A DNA stretch of 64,000 nucleotides, from the NCBI GenBank assembly GCA_012295275.1, contig CM022670.1, forward strand, positions 24,800,001-24,864,000, given 5' to 3'. The notes below the pieces were generated by a model. The model was given only the letters and a program-made list of their open reading frames with translations, did not search any database and was not told the DNA's origin. Source of the DNA: Chrysomallon squamiferum (lineage: Eukaryota; Animalia; Mollusca). The stretch's first letter is position 1; every line of letters starts with the position of its first letter. Made by a program: the position numbers and the translations under genes. Shown one piece after another: positions 39,621 to 56,028 of the stretch.

Positions 39621-41458
39621 CACATGATAATAATAATAAAAACAAATATGCAAAGAAAAATAATCTTTTCTGAAAAATCAACCAATGTTTTAAAAAAAAG
39701 ACGAGAGATAAAGACAAAAACAATGTCAAGGCAATTTACCACTTTTTATGCTAATTACAACTTGTCACCCTTTCAACCTTTAGTCAGTTTTAGTAAGTTA
39801 TGAACTTAGATTTACTTGTTACTTTTATTTGCTTTCACTAAACTTATTTTATATCCTCTTAATTTCTCAACATATGTTTACTTGAGACTTCATATCTTTA
39901 AACAATGTATCTAGTGTATCAAGGGTTATCTAATGTAAATATTAATTTATACGGTTCCAGATATCATTATTACAGTGATCTTCATCTGAATATTATACTT
40001 GCTTTGAAGCAAACCTCTGAAGTGGACGCAAATTGTAATCTCTTCATTATTATTGCCTAAATCTGAACTGTGGAACAAGCAGATGATAGCCAAGACATCC
40101 TTCTCACTGATGTAAACATGATACAAACCTCTGTTACAACTCAGTGTAAATCAAATACTGCTTCAGTCTATCACTGGTTAAGAAGAATAAGAAATGCTGT
40201 ACACAAATTGATAAAAATTCTGAACACTTACGTTGTGCAAGTTTCGGATTCTGCTGAGCTTGTTTCTGAAAAAGTTGTTTTGTTTCTGGAAGCAGCCACT
40301 CACTGGATGAAAATCTTCCACTGCTACTCAGTGTTCGCAAAATACTGGTTTTAGTGTGATCTGAAAATTAAAATAATTTATAAGGCTGTTTTTTTATCAG
40401 TTTATTTTGTTTTTTATTATGTTTATTTTTTGTATATCATACAAATTAATCTGCTATAATTGCATCACACTATTGTGCTTTTTTTAATCACAATTATATG
40501 ATTATGTCCAATAAGTGCAAGAGCTTGTATCACATGAAAAGTTGGTTAAGACTGGATTTGTAATAAAATGGTTAGAGAAAATAATATTTTCATGTTTTAT
40601 AGATAACATATAGTTTCAAATAATAATAATTTAAACAATTAGCAGGGACATTTAGTAGATTAATGATATGAACATTGTGCATTTTCTTTAATCACTTTTA
40701 ATGTGCATAGCAAATGTTTTTAAAATAATGTTTGCAGCTATTATCATCTGAAAGAACAAATAATAATTAAAAGATAAATAAAAAGATCACATAATTTAAA
40801 ATAAAATTCCTGTATTGTATGTATATCAAATAAGTATTCCAATAAAAATACAAACAAAAAGATCTGTTATATGTCCCATTTAAAAACAACAACAACAACA
40901 ACAAGAAAATAAGGAAAAAGGATTATAAAGAACTACCGTGAAATAAAAACATTTTATATATATATATATATATATAAAACATTGTAAAAAGCAAATAATA
41001 ACCTGTATTATTATATTAACTACATGTTAATATTTGTTTTTTAAATATGTTGTATATAATAGTATATAATCAAAAAAGGTGATGAATAACATGATGTTAA
41101 CTTGAAAATATTCTTTTATAATTTTGATTGTTACAAACTGGACTGTAAGTGTGTGGTGACTGAAACAACACTGCAAAGGAAGAGCTTTGTGCAAAAAAGA
41201 CAGCAGCACTAAGACAGTTTACCTTGGGCTACAGGTTTAGTCTTAATCTTTTTCTTGGAAGCTACAGAAGGAGAAAAAAGAAGCAGAAAACATGAATACT
41301 GTTAGAAGAAAGCTAGCAGGATCTAAAAAGAAATAATTACATGAACAGCAGCTGACATTTCCTGATGCATATTTGGGTTAATGTTTAGTGTGCATTTCCA
41401 TTTATCTATAATCTGTGTTCGTGTGCAAATACATGCATGTTTTTATATATAAATTCAG

Positions 41459-41496
<38 letters not shown>

Positions 41497-42590
41497 TCTG
41501 ATTTTGAATGTATATAATAGAATGTTAGATAAGCTTACATGGGAAATAACTTCACGAGAGGTATCAGTAAAGAATTCTAAGTAAGCAAGATAAATAGAGC
41601 AGACAGTTCACTTCACCACTTAATATAAAAATATAATTTTTAGTCTTACAGGCTATGAGAGGCCGATGACGTCTGTGTCTTGCTGTGTGTGGTCTTGCTC
41701 TTGTATTCTTTTCTGATGACTTGTGTCTGTACCCATGAGCTGATGAAGGTCTTGGAGGAGGTGTGGGGATATGGCGAACCTCTTGAGGAGGGGCACTCTG
41801 CGGGCGCGAGACTGGCGACTGAGGACGGTAAAGATCTTTGGCTTCCATGGGTGGGACTGCAGATGCACGGTCAGTATCTGGTAATGGATGATCTCTAGAG
41901 AAAACACAGGAAGATTACAAACAATAATTCTTGTTTAATGTAAATATCAACACGTTTCTATTCTAGATTTTTGGTAAAAATTGGTGATGATGTTGTTGTT
42001 TTTTTTTTATTGGTTTTTTTCTTCTTTTTTTTTTAATACTTAGAAAAAGGAATCTGTTTGAATAATATTTCACTATCATTTTATTACTTAACCCTATCTT
42101 GGACCAAAACAAACATGAATGAGTAAATATACTGAGATTATATAGATAAAGCTTTCAAAAACTGTTGAAACTATTATTTATATTTATCTTTTTGATATAA
42201 AATAATTCCAGATTTTAGAAAACTCTATCATAATTAAATTGCTTTATCTTTCATTTTTAGCTTTGTTCAAAATTAAACATACTATGAAATTCAGAACATT
42301 AAATAATAATAATGAAAAGATTTGAAACTAACTTGCTGCATTTCTTCAGAGCCTCTATTTCACGTTTCCAGGCCATTGCTGAACATTCATCTCTGAACCT
42401 GGCAAGCTGGTCAAGATTGTCTAATCCTTTTTTTATCTCTTGATGCAGCAGAAAGATATCTTCACTCTAAAAACAATAAATGATGATTTTAAAAAATATC
42501 TGATGTATTATAATCCTTCTTTACACAACTTTTGTTTCTTCAACATCTGAATAAACAAAAATGAAATATACCACAATAAATCCAACTCAC

Positions 42591-42625
<35 letters not shown>

Positions 42626-44567
42626 TTTTTAACATTTAATTTTTTTTTTTTTTTTTAACTTTCTTTTTTGACACTTCTTTCTTATTTTAACTAATAAAAC
42701 TGTCATCTGACCTCATAAGTCTCTGGCTGTTCCTCTGAGGGCTCTTCATCACCATCTTCTGAGTAACTATGGTAACGGCCTCCAGTAATGCGGGCCAACT
42801 CAAACAGAAAACGATTGGCCTCTGTGTCATTGCAGTTAAATGATATTGCATGAATTGGTACTTTGTTGCGCATTTGAACTTGAGCTAAGATGGATTTGGG
42901 TGGCTACAAGGAAAAGAAAAAAGACTGCATACAAACTGTTGAAGACATGTATATCTGCATGAGTACATAACTGGCAACATTAAAACACAATTAATGGTAA
43001 GTAGGTAAAATAATTCAAAATCCAGAAACTGAAAAAACATTTTACCTGGTCAGGTCTACCATCAGTAAGAAGATATATTGCCTGTGTCTGGGGATCATTC
43101 ATGGCCTGCTGGATGGCAGCATAGGTGTTGGTGGAACCCCAACATGACAAGCCCTGAACCCAGCCCCAGGCATCCTGCAGGTTCTGCTCATTAACATGGA
43201 TCAGTCTGTCACGCCACACAGACGCTTTTGAGTTGAAACTCACCAGGTTAAACATTGATTTATGGCGAATTTGTTCCTACAAATAGAATATAATTTTAGA
43301 CAAAAATAATTCATTATTATTTTTATTATTATTAATTTTAATTTTTTTTTATATTCTCTTTAATTATATCTCAGTATAATAATAATGATCATTACAGTTA
43401 ACATATTGTTTGTGCATAACAATATCAGAGGATATACCCATGATGTGACTCTATGGCCTACTCTTATCAATTAGAGACATAGGATATTTTATTTTCATCT
43501 TTCCAAATTACAAGTAGGAAAAAAACTGATGACATTACTGATTAAATTATTTTACCTGCATAAGCACAAACAGCTTGTCTTTGACAAACTGAATACTGGG
43601 CTGCATTGAAGCTGAAGTGTCAATCAAAACATAGATCTGATCTTCAATAATACTTCCAAACAGAGCTCGACTGCCTTGTTGTAACCAGTCGATTCTGAAA
43701 TTAAATTATAAAACTCGGTCCATTTTCTGTAAATATATTGCTGAATTCTCTGTCGTTAATTAATAAAACTTGACAAATATAAAAGCATTAAAAAAAATGA
43801 AAGAGCTTCATAATTATCAGGAATTCTTTGCAAGTCACTGTTTTATATTTAGTACTTTTGCATTAGCTGAAAATAAAAATAACATACCCATCTACAAAAT
43901 ATTAATTAATTTCTCAGAGTGAATGCAATTTATAATCTTCCTTGTAAAATATTTTATTAATTCACTTTCTTGGGATTAGTTTAGATATTTATCTAAACCA
44001 TATGTTCATCCAATGTATTCATTTACAGATTTTTCATTCATCATTCGTTCACTTAACAAAATATTAATTATGCAACAGTTACAAGATGATTGTTTTTGTT
44101 ATTTAATCACTATAACAGATTAGAATGGTATCTTTTCCGACAGTAAGTCTACTTGTTATTATTACTGATTGCCAGTTACAATGAAACACTGACATCAAGT
44201 GATTTATCTACCAGCTATAATAAACAACCATATAATTGTTTGTAATGTTTTATGTTATGAAAAATTCATATTTAAAAAAAAAAACATAAAATAATATTTA
44301 AAAAAATAAGTATCAGTAACAGAAAAATTCTAAAATATTGCTCTAAATAAAGAAAAAGAAAATCTATCAATATCAAATTAAGCAACAAAATATAAGAAGC
44401 AAATATTATTATTTCACAGCTATTCTATTTGTTTAAGTTTTCTGCCAGACATTTTGTAACTACAGAAACCTCTTTTTTTTAAAGTTTCCAAATCACACTG
44501 TATTAATTATATTCTGACTAAAAATAATTCTGTTTCAATCCATTAAAATGTTGCTAAGTATTTCAAT

Positions 44568-44613
<46 letters not shown>

Positions 44614-46824
44614 AGATGACAAAAAAAAAAAAATAAATAATGTCAAAATCCTCATATTATTCATTATCACATGTTATATTAGTGTTATTTAATTCTAATA
44701 CTTGTTCTCCAATCTGGACATTAATAACATTTTATAATAAGAACAACAAGATGATTCTCCATTTTTATTAAGAATCTGGCAACCATTTCTGAACTCACAT
44801 TCACTGCGCTGTGAAATATTATCATGCTAAAAGCTAAACTGACTAAACTTTCTGTATCAGTGAATTAATTTCAACTCAGTTAGTTGGTGGAAACTAAAAT
44901 AAAATTATGACTATTTTTCTAAAATGGGAAGAAACTGAATGGAAGAATCAAATGAAACATTGATTATAAAAAAATATATTCAGGTTTTTTAGTTTTCATT
45001 TTTCTTCTTTAGTATACTGGGTTTCTTAATTTGAAGAATATTTTTTTTTTATACTGCACAATGAAGTCTTAATTTGAAGAAGATTTTTTTTATACTACAC
45101 AATGAGGTAATTTTAGCCTATTTAAAAAAATTTCAGAAAAATTTCAATTCTTTGAATAGAGAAAAAAAAAATATACTGTGTATTTTAATAATTTTATGGA
45201 AGTTATCTAAAGAAATTTTATCTTGAAGCTCTGTTGATGTTCATAAGCACTATTTGTTAGTGCAACTATTTTGCCTCAAGTGAGAACTAGTTCTGAAAAA
45301 TGCATCTTACTTCTTCTTTACTGGAGGTAAAAATGACTTGTCCTTTTTCTGAGATTCAAGTTTTGAAAGCCTTTATTGAATAAAGAATTTGATTAATCTA
45401 TTAACCAGAGGTGACTGTTTAACTACTTAATATCAGTGGACTACAACGACAGAAAGCAATTTATAAATGAATTACCAGATGATCAAATAAAGACAATTTT
45501 GTTGTATGCTAAATTATTATGCTGACATAATCAGACATTTATTTTTAATGTGTTACAACAGATGCATAATACTTTCAATTTATTGTACATATAAAGTGTA
45601 TTCCTTACGAAATGAATATTCAAATATTTAATATAATGTGGAAGGGAAATAATAAATTTTATCCCCAAAAATTTACTTAATAAATTATTAAAATGTTTCT
45701 TTTACTTGCAAATTCAATTCAGTATTATATCCACTTTGAAAACACAGTTAAAGATTACATGTAATGATAATAAATATATATTTAAAGTCTAATTAACTCA
45801 TCTGCAGTATTACTCTACATTCTTTTTTAATCAACATTTGATTTCTGTCTTACTCATTTTATCGTCAGAAAAATGTTTTTGCTGTCTATATGAATTTGTT
45901 AGTGCTTAAAATAATAATGTAAGTTCATTATTTACTCTCATTTTTTTAAGTGAATGAACAAATGAATGAATCATAAAAACTTTTCTTCTTTTTATTGAGT
46001 TTTTAATCAAATACTGAAATATAAGACAAAAAGAGATGTTACACTTTAACACTATACCATACAAACAATTAAACAAAGTAACAGCTTAAAAATCAGTATA
46101 CAGAACTGATTAAATGCAAACATTATTATAAATAACATGTTAAGCAGTATAAAATTTATAAAGGGATGAAACTACAGAAATCGTTTATTTGAGAAACACT
46201 ACCAAACCATTATAAACATTGTGAAATGTAAACCTAAAAAACTGTTTACAAATTTAATCATCATCATCATCATTATCATTATGTCATCAGCATTAATCTG
46301 ATGATCATGCGCACCATCATTATCATCATTTTACTAATGACAGATCAGGACGATCCACTGAATTACTGGTAATATTTGCTCTGTACTTTTTACAACATTC
46401 TCCATCATGCTCCCTATACTGTAAATTAATTAAACTGACTGTCTACCTTTGCTGTATCTTGTTAAGTGCGACTTCCATTTTCTGTTCATAACCTCGATGG
46501 ACGTCAGGTGTTACATGCACATGGACTTCGCTTCCATCCTTCCAGCGGGCAATAGGAAACTGTTCACAGTATCGCGCATTAACTAGCTTTGGCCGTGTAA
46601 TCTGAAAAATATATTTAAAATCTTATAAACAGAAAACTGACTATATTAAAGAAAGATAGTTTATACACCTGCATGCACAAATGCACAGATAATAAATTGT
46701 TTAAGTTACTAATATTAATAACAAAAATACTGTATTTATGTCTCTGGTATTGCTCCTTGGGTAGGTGCTGTCATATTAAACTACAGCATGTATAAAATGT
46801 ATATAATGATAAATAAATAAATAA

Positions 46825-46857
<33 letters not shown>

Positions 46858-48489
46858 GATAACAAAAATTAAGAAAGAATGAAAGAATAATTACAAAGCA
46901 AGTAAATATTTTAAAATAAACTTTATGTTTTAGCATTAATAAAATGTATAAGATCAAGTTACAGAATTGTATTTTAATATTATATACAATAATCTTTTAA
47001 ACACAAATAAAATGTATGTATTAAACTAACAGCATTTGTTTGTGTTCTCTCTGGAGAAGGATCCATCAGTTCAACAACTCCATCTTTGTGTCTGAATGCG
47101 ACTCCAGCTAACACGTGGTGCAGGTCAAGTTTCTGTGCAGACAGTCCGTATTTCTCCAACCACTCTCTAGAACTCAAACACTCCTCTCTCTTCTCATATC
47201 TTTCTACAATTTCTGTTTTCAGTTCTACAAAAACAACAAACAGATTCATTCACTTAATTATTTCATAATGATACATTTGTTTAATATAGTACATGTTTAT
47301 ATACACATGTATATACACATATGTAAATATAAAATAAAAGATAAATAATAATAACCATCTCTTTATATATCAGATATATGTGAAGCATAATTATTTTCAA
47401 TTTTTTCAATTAGGAAAATGTCTACATTATCATAGGCAAATAACTTCGGGTACAGCTAATGTAAATGTATTAATAATAAAGGTGTGCCAAAATATTCATG
47501 CTGAAGTGATAGATCAGTATGGACACTGGTAAGTAAAGGCCTCAGAACATATTGAAATGACTCTGCAAATAAATTAACTAGCCTAGCCACTCTTCTTTGT
47601 GTTACAATGGTCCAGAAAATCAATATAATTTTCAAACTATTATGAAGATATTTAATTTTCTTAAAAGAACTTTTTTCCATTCATGAAGCATACAATAACA
47701 TAACATACTGAACTTCAGCATAATTTTTCGGAATTCAAATAAAAAATAATTATGAATGGTTCATGTTTTATAAAATTTCAATACGTCATTTAAGAATAGA
47801 ATTTTTATGGGTATTTATATCAATACACCTGATTTTTCATGCAGTTAATAAAAGTAATTCTGTGTTACATCTAACAGTATTTAAATCTGATTCATATTCT
47901 TTCACTTTCAACAATTAAAATTACAACATTTATATTCACTTATTAATATGCCTATATTCAACTGGTATGGTATGTGTCTAAGTTCAGGACAAACATTATA
48001 AAAGGTTTATTTAAAAACAGAAGTCAGTCAATCAATTGTTTGGTTGGTCAATCAGTCATTAATAATAACAAAAACAATAACAATAAAAATAACAATCATA
48101 ACAATAACAATAATAATAATAAATGCCTTTGAAATAAATAAGGTGCTAATAAATGTATTACAGTTTTGTCAAAAGACAGAGTGATGGATAAATATTTTGA
48201 ATGATATAGATAAAAGCTGTGACTATTTTTAGCAGGAAATGAACAATATGTGCTTTGTGTGGCAGTAAGCTGAGAATGACAAAAGATAAACTGTAACATG
48301 GTGAGATCTGTTTATCTATGTACTTAATATGAGTAACAGTACTCAAGATTATATATAATCCTAGAAAAATGTGTAGATAACAAGTTGCATAATTGTCTTT
48401 AAACTTCAACTAAATCAAATTATGAAATATTGACACTTTGTGACATATAAATCACATTTTCATCATCATCATCATCATCATCATCACCA

Positions 48490-48535
<46 letters not shown>

Positions 48536-48754
48536 TAATTTCTTAGAAATGTATTTACATGGTCACTTTCATAAATGCAGGATTTTAAACATTGCAAATA
48601 TATATAGCGTATTTGCATATAAACTACAAGTTTGTCACATACTGATAGCATCACCTACGACAAAGCAATAAAACAGCACTTGAAACATTTATACTAGCAG
48701 GAATATCATGTGCATAAATAAAATAAGCATTCAGATAAATAAATAAATAATGAA

Positions 48755-48786
<32 letters not shown>

Positions 48787-49567
48787 TTATATATATATAT
48801 ATTATTTATTTATTTATTTATCTATACATATGAAAAAATCAACCAGGAAATAAATGAAATAGAAGAAAAATATTTATGTTTTGTAAGATATAAGGATACA
48901 TAGTAATTTAAAAGATTTTAACAATGAATTACTTGTTGATTTTGTGCCAAAGAAAAATAATGAATGAATTGCATTAATTTCATAGATGTCAATATAGACA
49001 AAACTGATTATCACATAACATCTTAAAAAGCTATACTGTGAAAAAAAGATATAAATAGCATAAATGGAAAAGAATAGAAAAACAAAACGATCAAACTCAC
49101 CCGTTGTTTTATGAATTCCATGTTAAGCAAGTGAAACGAAAGAAAACAAAACAACAGACAATGAAATGTGTATATATATATGTGTTGCTATTGATACATC
49201 AATAATCATTATTTATTCAGTATCCTGGTGCTGATAAAATGCATGTCTAATCTTACTGAATCAGCAGAGTAAATCAGACCAGATGGCACTGTGGTTAAGT
49301 CTTTAGAAAAGTTTGTATAGGTGCTGGGATCAATTCATACCAAGGTTAAGTGGTTCGATTATATCACTTTATTTTCATTTTTATCTAATATTCCAATGTT
49401 GCCATGGTTAAAAAGAATTCAGGCTCCTTGAAGTATACTTGAATCTTCAGTGGATTTAAACAGTGAACACAGATCATGTGACCAAACCACTGAGTTACAG
49501 TCTGCCACAGTAATAATAATAATAATAATAACAACAACAAAAAAACAAAACAAACAATAATAAGAAT

Positions 49568-49606
<39 letters not shown>

Positions 49607-52600
49607 TAATAATAATAATAATAACAATAACAATAACAATAACAATAACAATAATAAGAATAATAATTAGTAACAACAACAACAACACTACTTACCAAAA
49701 GATTTAGGTTCTGGGGTTTGTTCTATGAGTGCCTGGATTTGGCTCATTATGTTCCGAGCCTCTTCAAGTTCTTCAAATACCAGAACAATGTCCTCTCGAA
49801 CACCCACTCCTGGAGGCAGTCCACCATACGTCTTCTTCTTGAGAACAATGTTAGCTTTGTTTGTCAGTGGGTCTACAGGCTGTGCTTCGTATGCATCCAT
49901 TTCCATGACAACTGCATATGCATGAAATCTTCAAAACAAAGAATTGTATTGAAATATGATTCCTCTAATGTTTTGAGACTGTGTATGGTTTTATAACACA
50001 AAACTCACTTGTTAGAAATTTTTCTATAAAAGTGAATTGTTGTGAAACAAATTGTAAGCATATTATGGGGTTTTTTGTGTTCTTATTCTTGTTCTTCTTA
50101 TTATTAATGTCAGGTTAAAAAATGAAATTCTATTACCTTCCTCCGGTCACTTTGACAAAGTCTTTAAGGAACTTGATGGTATCTGCACTATCACAGTTAA
50201 AGGAAACTATGTGTATTGGAAGTTTCAGTTCGGTGGAAGAAATCTGTCAAATATAAAGTTATTCGTTATTATTACAAAAACTGTGTGTATATTTGACAAA
50301 TTAAAAGGATATAAAAAAATAAATGACCACAAAAAAGAAAGAAAAAAGTTTAAGCAAATAAATAAATTTTACAGTTAAATATAAAAAAACCAGTTGAAAT
50401 GTAAAAAGCATTTTACCTTTTCTTTCAGGAGTTCTCTTGAACTATCTACAGAGGTCCCTTCAGTGAACAGATATATTGCTTCATTCTAAAAACAATACAA
50501 AAAAAGAGAATATAATTACAAAACATGTACAAGTTTTATTTTTAACTGAACAGAAAAATAATGGTTATAAGATAAAAATCAGATGCAAAGATTACGAGTA
50601 GTTTTAATTTTGAGTTCCATTTTTTCATAAAAATAACACCTATTTCTTTTTAAAAACATCTTCACTACCAGACAAAAATACCTTTACAATAAAGAGATAT
50701 TTCTGTTTTTTTAAATTATCATTTACTATATTTGATAATAATCAGGAAATATGTTGTTTATCAAAATTCTTAGAGAAGAAAACAATAGTGTTTTTTTGCA
50801 TTAACATTTTTATTTACCCATCTCCTTCATTTGCATTTCTGCATGCATTACTGTTCTTAATTATCATTTACTAAATTTCACTAACCACAAAACTGTTATG
50901 ACTTTTATTCAGATTATTAGATATACTAACTACATATAAATACTAAATATATTTACTGCTGTAAATACATAGCATTAATAAATTTTATATTTTCATCTAG
51001 GTTTCACCAGATCATAAAAATATGTATTTTCTTTGTTCAAATTCTTCGATTAAAAATGATTGCTACAGATCTGTTATGTATCATTTAGTCTTACATTTTT
51101 ATCACCGAGGGCTTGAAGAACTGCCTCACATGTGGCTGTCTTAGACACTGCAGCCAGTCTGTCAAGATTCCATATCCACTGTACAGCATTCTCCACAGTG
51201 TCGTGAGTGACCGGAACACATTCAGCATTATACATATCCATATCTTCTGAGGCTCTGTAAGTAAATATCTTGTCTACATTATTACTGTTTTTCTCAGAAT
51301 ATACCATTCTGGACATTTAATTAAATATCTTGTTTAAGTTATTAATGTTCAGTGATTTCTTTTGAAAATAAGTTTTCCATTATGTAAATAAACATCTTGC
51401 CTAAGTATTACACAGGACAGCTATCTTATCAGGTTCATAAATATATAAATTATGTGTGAGTTATTACATTTAATACCATCTTTTTGAAAAATGTATCTTC
51501 CAAAGCCTTGTAGATAAAGTACATGTATAAAATTTAAAATAGAAATACAAATTAGCTGATAAATAGCTTGGAGCTGCAAAATAAGTATTTTTTATACACT
51601 AACTCACACAACACAATATAGGGCTGTAACAATGGTGCATATATTTTAAACAGATTAATTTGTTTTTTAATTCAGTAGTGATCAATAAAATATTCTGAAA
51701 ATTTAGATCAAGCTCTGTGCTTCAATCTGATATAAAAGAAGGATTACACTGATGCATTTTTATTACATTTTAAAATACTTTGGAAAATTCTGTTAGTAAT
51801 TCCAGATTAAACTACAGAATATTATTCAACAAATGATGTGTTACCGTATAAGATTAAACTTGGCAAGCTGCATGACCTGCTCTCGTAAAACTCTCTCCAG
51901 AGCTACCCTGTATTGATCAAACTGCTGAGGAGACATGTTTTTGATGTCCATGACAATAGTCACTGATTTTTCTTCAATCACACCAAAAATGCGTCGACTT
52001 TCAGTTGTGAGCCACTCAAGACGACGTCTGAACAAATTACAGGCTTGAGAAAGTCTCTTTTTGATTTGGTGCAATTTTTCTTTACTACCAGTGATCTGTG
52101 AAAATGATATATACTTGAGTTGTTTTTCAACTGAAAAGAACCACATTATTTTTTAACTGGGGAAAAAAACTAAAATATAGGGAGTTATGTGAAAAAATTA
52201 AAATGGAAAGAATGTGAATATGTGGGGAATATAATAATTACCGTACACTGATATTAAATCTGTAGTTTACCATTGTCCAGATAGGTATGATCATTAAATG
52301 TGTTGTTAAACATTATGTCTCTGTTTTGTATCTTATTCAAATAATTCCTAAAATTAACTGTTTGCAGTTCATGTCAGGTTTTCTGATACAACCAGGAAGT
52401 ATAATTATATAATCATTGTTCAGATTTTTACCCAACCAACACTGCCCATAGCAATGTTGAATATCTCTACTATATAGACTTCTTGTATAGGCAGGCCACA
52501 TATACAAGTTACTGCTTAGATAGAACTGATTTGTGTCTAATTCCTTGGCTTTTGAAAAAAAAAAGAAAAAAAAAGGGCACAAATTAAAAGATTCATTCTA

Positions 52601-53147
52601 CTAATACTCTTGTGACTCAATCTTTGTAGATAATTTTATTAAAAGATAAAAAAAAGCAAAAAAAACCACATCTATTTTTGTTATGGATAGATGTAAATTG
52701 CTTTACCACAATTAACTATTTATAAAACTTCTATCATTCAAAATTCAGATAAATGTATGACTTACATTAAATGTTTTTCCATCAGGACGGAAAATCCTGG
52801 AGAATAACCCACCTCCATACCTTGAGCTGATTGGTGACTTTATATGGTGATCATAGTCTGTATTGACAGGAAGAAATTTCATTAATATACTTTTCATAAA
52901 CTATATATGATATTTGACTTTCTCTGCTTATACATATGTAATAATAAAAAATAATAACAATACAATAATATTCAGAACAATATTAATAACAAGAAGAATT
53001 ATTTTAATAAAACAAAAATCAAAAGAAAAAGATAAGTTAGTTAATGCAGCCAACAGTATATATATAGATAGATAGACAGATACAGATACAGATACAGATA
53101 CAGATACAGATACAGATACAGATAAAGATATAGATATAGATATAGAT

Positions 53148-53181
<34 letters not shown>

Positions 53182-55975
53182 TCAATGAAATGAAAATATG
53201 AAATAAGATTAAATAAATATTAAGTTTAGCAGAAGAGTTGTACCCCAATACGAAATTACAGTGAATAAAAAATTGTGTTGTTTCCTTATTCCATGCAAAG
53301 ATGCAAAGATAAACCACTAAGTTTACCTCTGTTATCTCTAAATATATTTTTTAAAATAACAATATATCATGCCGACAACAACATGAGAACTGGTCAACCT
53401 TTTCTCATTAGTTTTAATGCAGAAAGATCTATAAAAACATGAACCATTTATTAATATTCAGCATGCCTCTAATTAACTTGCTAATGTAATGACTAGAGGG
53501 AAAATGTACATTAACTGGACACAGCATTAATGGGTATAAAATATGGAAAGTAATTTGTCATGCACATTACCAAGTGAAAAATTTGTCATTTAAGCAGCAA
53601 TCAAGTAAAAGTAATGCATTAGTATCAATGAGTGTTTGTTATATGAATATGCATATTTATGTAAGTCTGACAATGTCTTTATATATCTTTGGATGTATGT
53701 ATGTATGTATGTATGTATGTATGTATGTATGTATGTGTCTCTGTCTGTCTCTGTGTGTGTGTATGTGTGTGTTTGTGTGTGTGTACTGTGTCTGTGCCTG
53801 TATGTGTGTCTGTGTCTGTGTCTGTGTCTGTGTCTGTGTCTGTGTACTTTACATATCTATACACTTTCATTCACCCATACTCAAAGAAATATATATTTCT
53901 TGTTCATTATGATTTACTTACCATCACTAAGTTTGAATCCTATCTGTGGCAACAAATGTGTTAAAGTAAGTCTGTTTTTCTTCAGCCCATAATTCTGAAG
54001 CCATTTCCTTGATCCTATCAGTGGTCGTACATCAAGCTCCCATGTTTCAGGTGGAGTTTTTGACATGTTAATAGCAGGATCTGATTCTCGTCTCTGAGGT
54101 GTACCTGTCCTCCACACTCCACTACCATGGCTAATGTCAAATGTCGCTTCTGAAAACAGCCATTAAAATTAGGTTAAGTTTTTTTATAAGACAAAGAAAG
54201 AAAATATTAAAGAAATACATAATATGTCTCAATATATTTATGTGAAAGAATATGTCTTTTGGAAAATATTTCAGTTGTATTCTCATTTTATGAGACTGAA
54301 AGAAAACATGTAAATATATATATACATAAAAAAAAAACTTGTGGATTAAAACACATACACAGTATCCACAACACACACACATGCAGAAGAAGTATTAATC
54401 ATGTCAAACTAATTTATCACAAAGAATATTGTATTTTTACCAGATGTTTTAACAATAAAAATATTTGTTTATATTTATTCATTTTTTATGTGTGTGAAAA
54501 TGTGATAAGTATGATTAGTACTGTTTACATTCTAATTTCTGAGACTGCTTTCTGCTTTAACCTAAAGTTTTCTTATAAAATAACACTGAATTTTTATTTC
54601 TTTATTAGGTATATCACCAAAAACATCACCTTTGCAACATATAAGGCATGTTGTTTACACAGCCACAATTTGTAGTTACTGTTGATTAAAGTTTGTATCA
54701 CTGGCACTGAATCCAGAAATATACTTATGTCATAACAGTATGTACCAGCTAGGTATAAATAAATATTAGCATGTTGGATAATACCTCTAAGTCTTTAGGA
54801 GCTGACATATGTATCAATCAACTGGAATCAGCCAATGTGCTTATGCAGTAATTACCAGTATGCTAATCAAAACAGCTGTACATATAAAAATGTTTTGATG
54901 TTGCTCTATAGCAAAATATATATACCAGTACATTTATTTATTTATTATTATTTTAATTATTTCAAGGATTTTTCTTCAGTTTTGTATTTTGTTTGTTTTT
55001 TGAATATATTACTGATTAATTTACAATTAAAATAAATGAAATTTTAAAAAATAGAAGCATTACATAAAAAAAAAATATCATTATCAAACACATGTTTAGA
55101 GAAATAAAGAAACAAAACAAAAACAAAAATATATATATATAATCTATTTAAAATATATACTTAAATAAACTGAGATAAATAACTATATTACCTCTGCATA
55201 TCTATGAAAACGAATTTAATGAGTCAGCAAATAAATGATTTTGTGAATAAGTGAGTAAGTTTGAATTTCATAGTTTGAAGAGAAAAGCGTAAGATACTAT
55301 GTACAAAGATCTATACCTCCCCAAACCATGCACAAATGATTCAATAATAAACAGATTTGTGAAGCTTACTTGACATACAAGAACCATTTATCAATAACAC
55401 AATATGGGTAAGGTTGGTCAAGTTTATGTGAATGTGTTGATGCATTCACTGAAATATATATTAATGTCGCATGCCATAAATTGAAGTGGTCTTGTGTGGG
55501 AACAGCTTGATCCTTTGCTGTCCTTTGTATTTTTTACATAAAGCAAATAAATGTGTATGCATGCATATCAGGGATACACAGTAATTTGATAAGTTGAAAA
55601 TTTGATATACTGTCAATGGTAACTAGGGAAAAGGTGTGATAGTGAATAATGTAATCAAATCCATACAATAGCACTTATTGATTTCTAGTTTTTATTCTGT
55701 CATGATCATAAACAGCAACAAAGTTTTACTGAAGTATTGATATTCATTGTCAGGTTACCAAGAAGCAAACTGACATATGTCAATACTGGTTGTTATGCAG
55801 GATTAGCTACAGAATCATGTACTTTTTTTTTTTTTTACAATACCATTACAAAATAACAGTCTATTTTCACTGCTAATAAAAAAAAAGAATTGTTTCTGCT
55901 TATATATACATCTATAGTAGTAATACTAATTGCAATGATAGTAGTAGTTGTATTAGTTGTAGTAGTAATAGTAAT

Positions 55976-56028
<53 letters not shown>

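Noticed and set aside
49283-49345. tRNA gene
   Set aside because: Only degenerate A-box and B-box-like words are present with no cloverleaf; at most a decayed SINE head.
49385-49688. Poly-Leu/Ile ORFs (also 52928-53317, 53574-53992, 55835-56155)
   Set aside because: They are translations of microsatellites.
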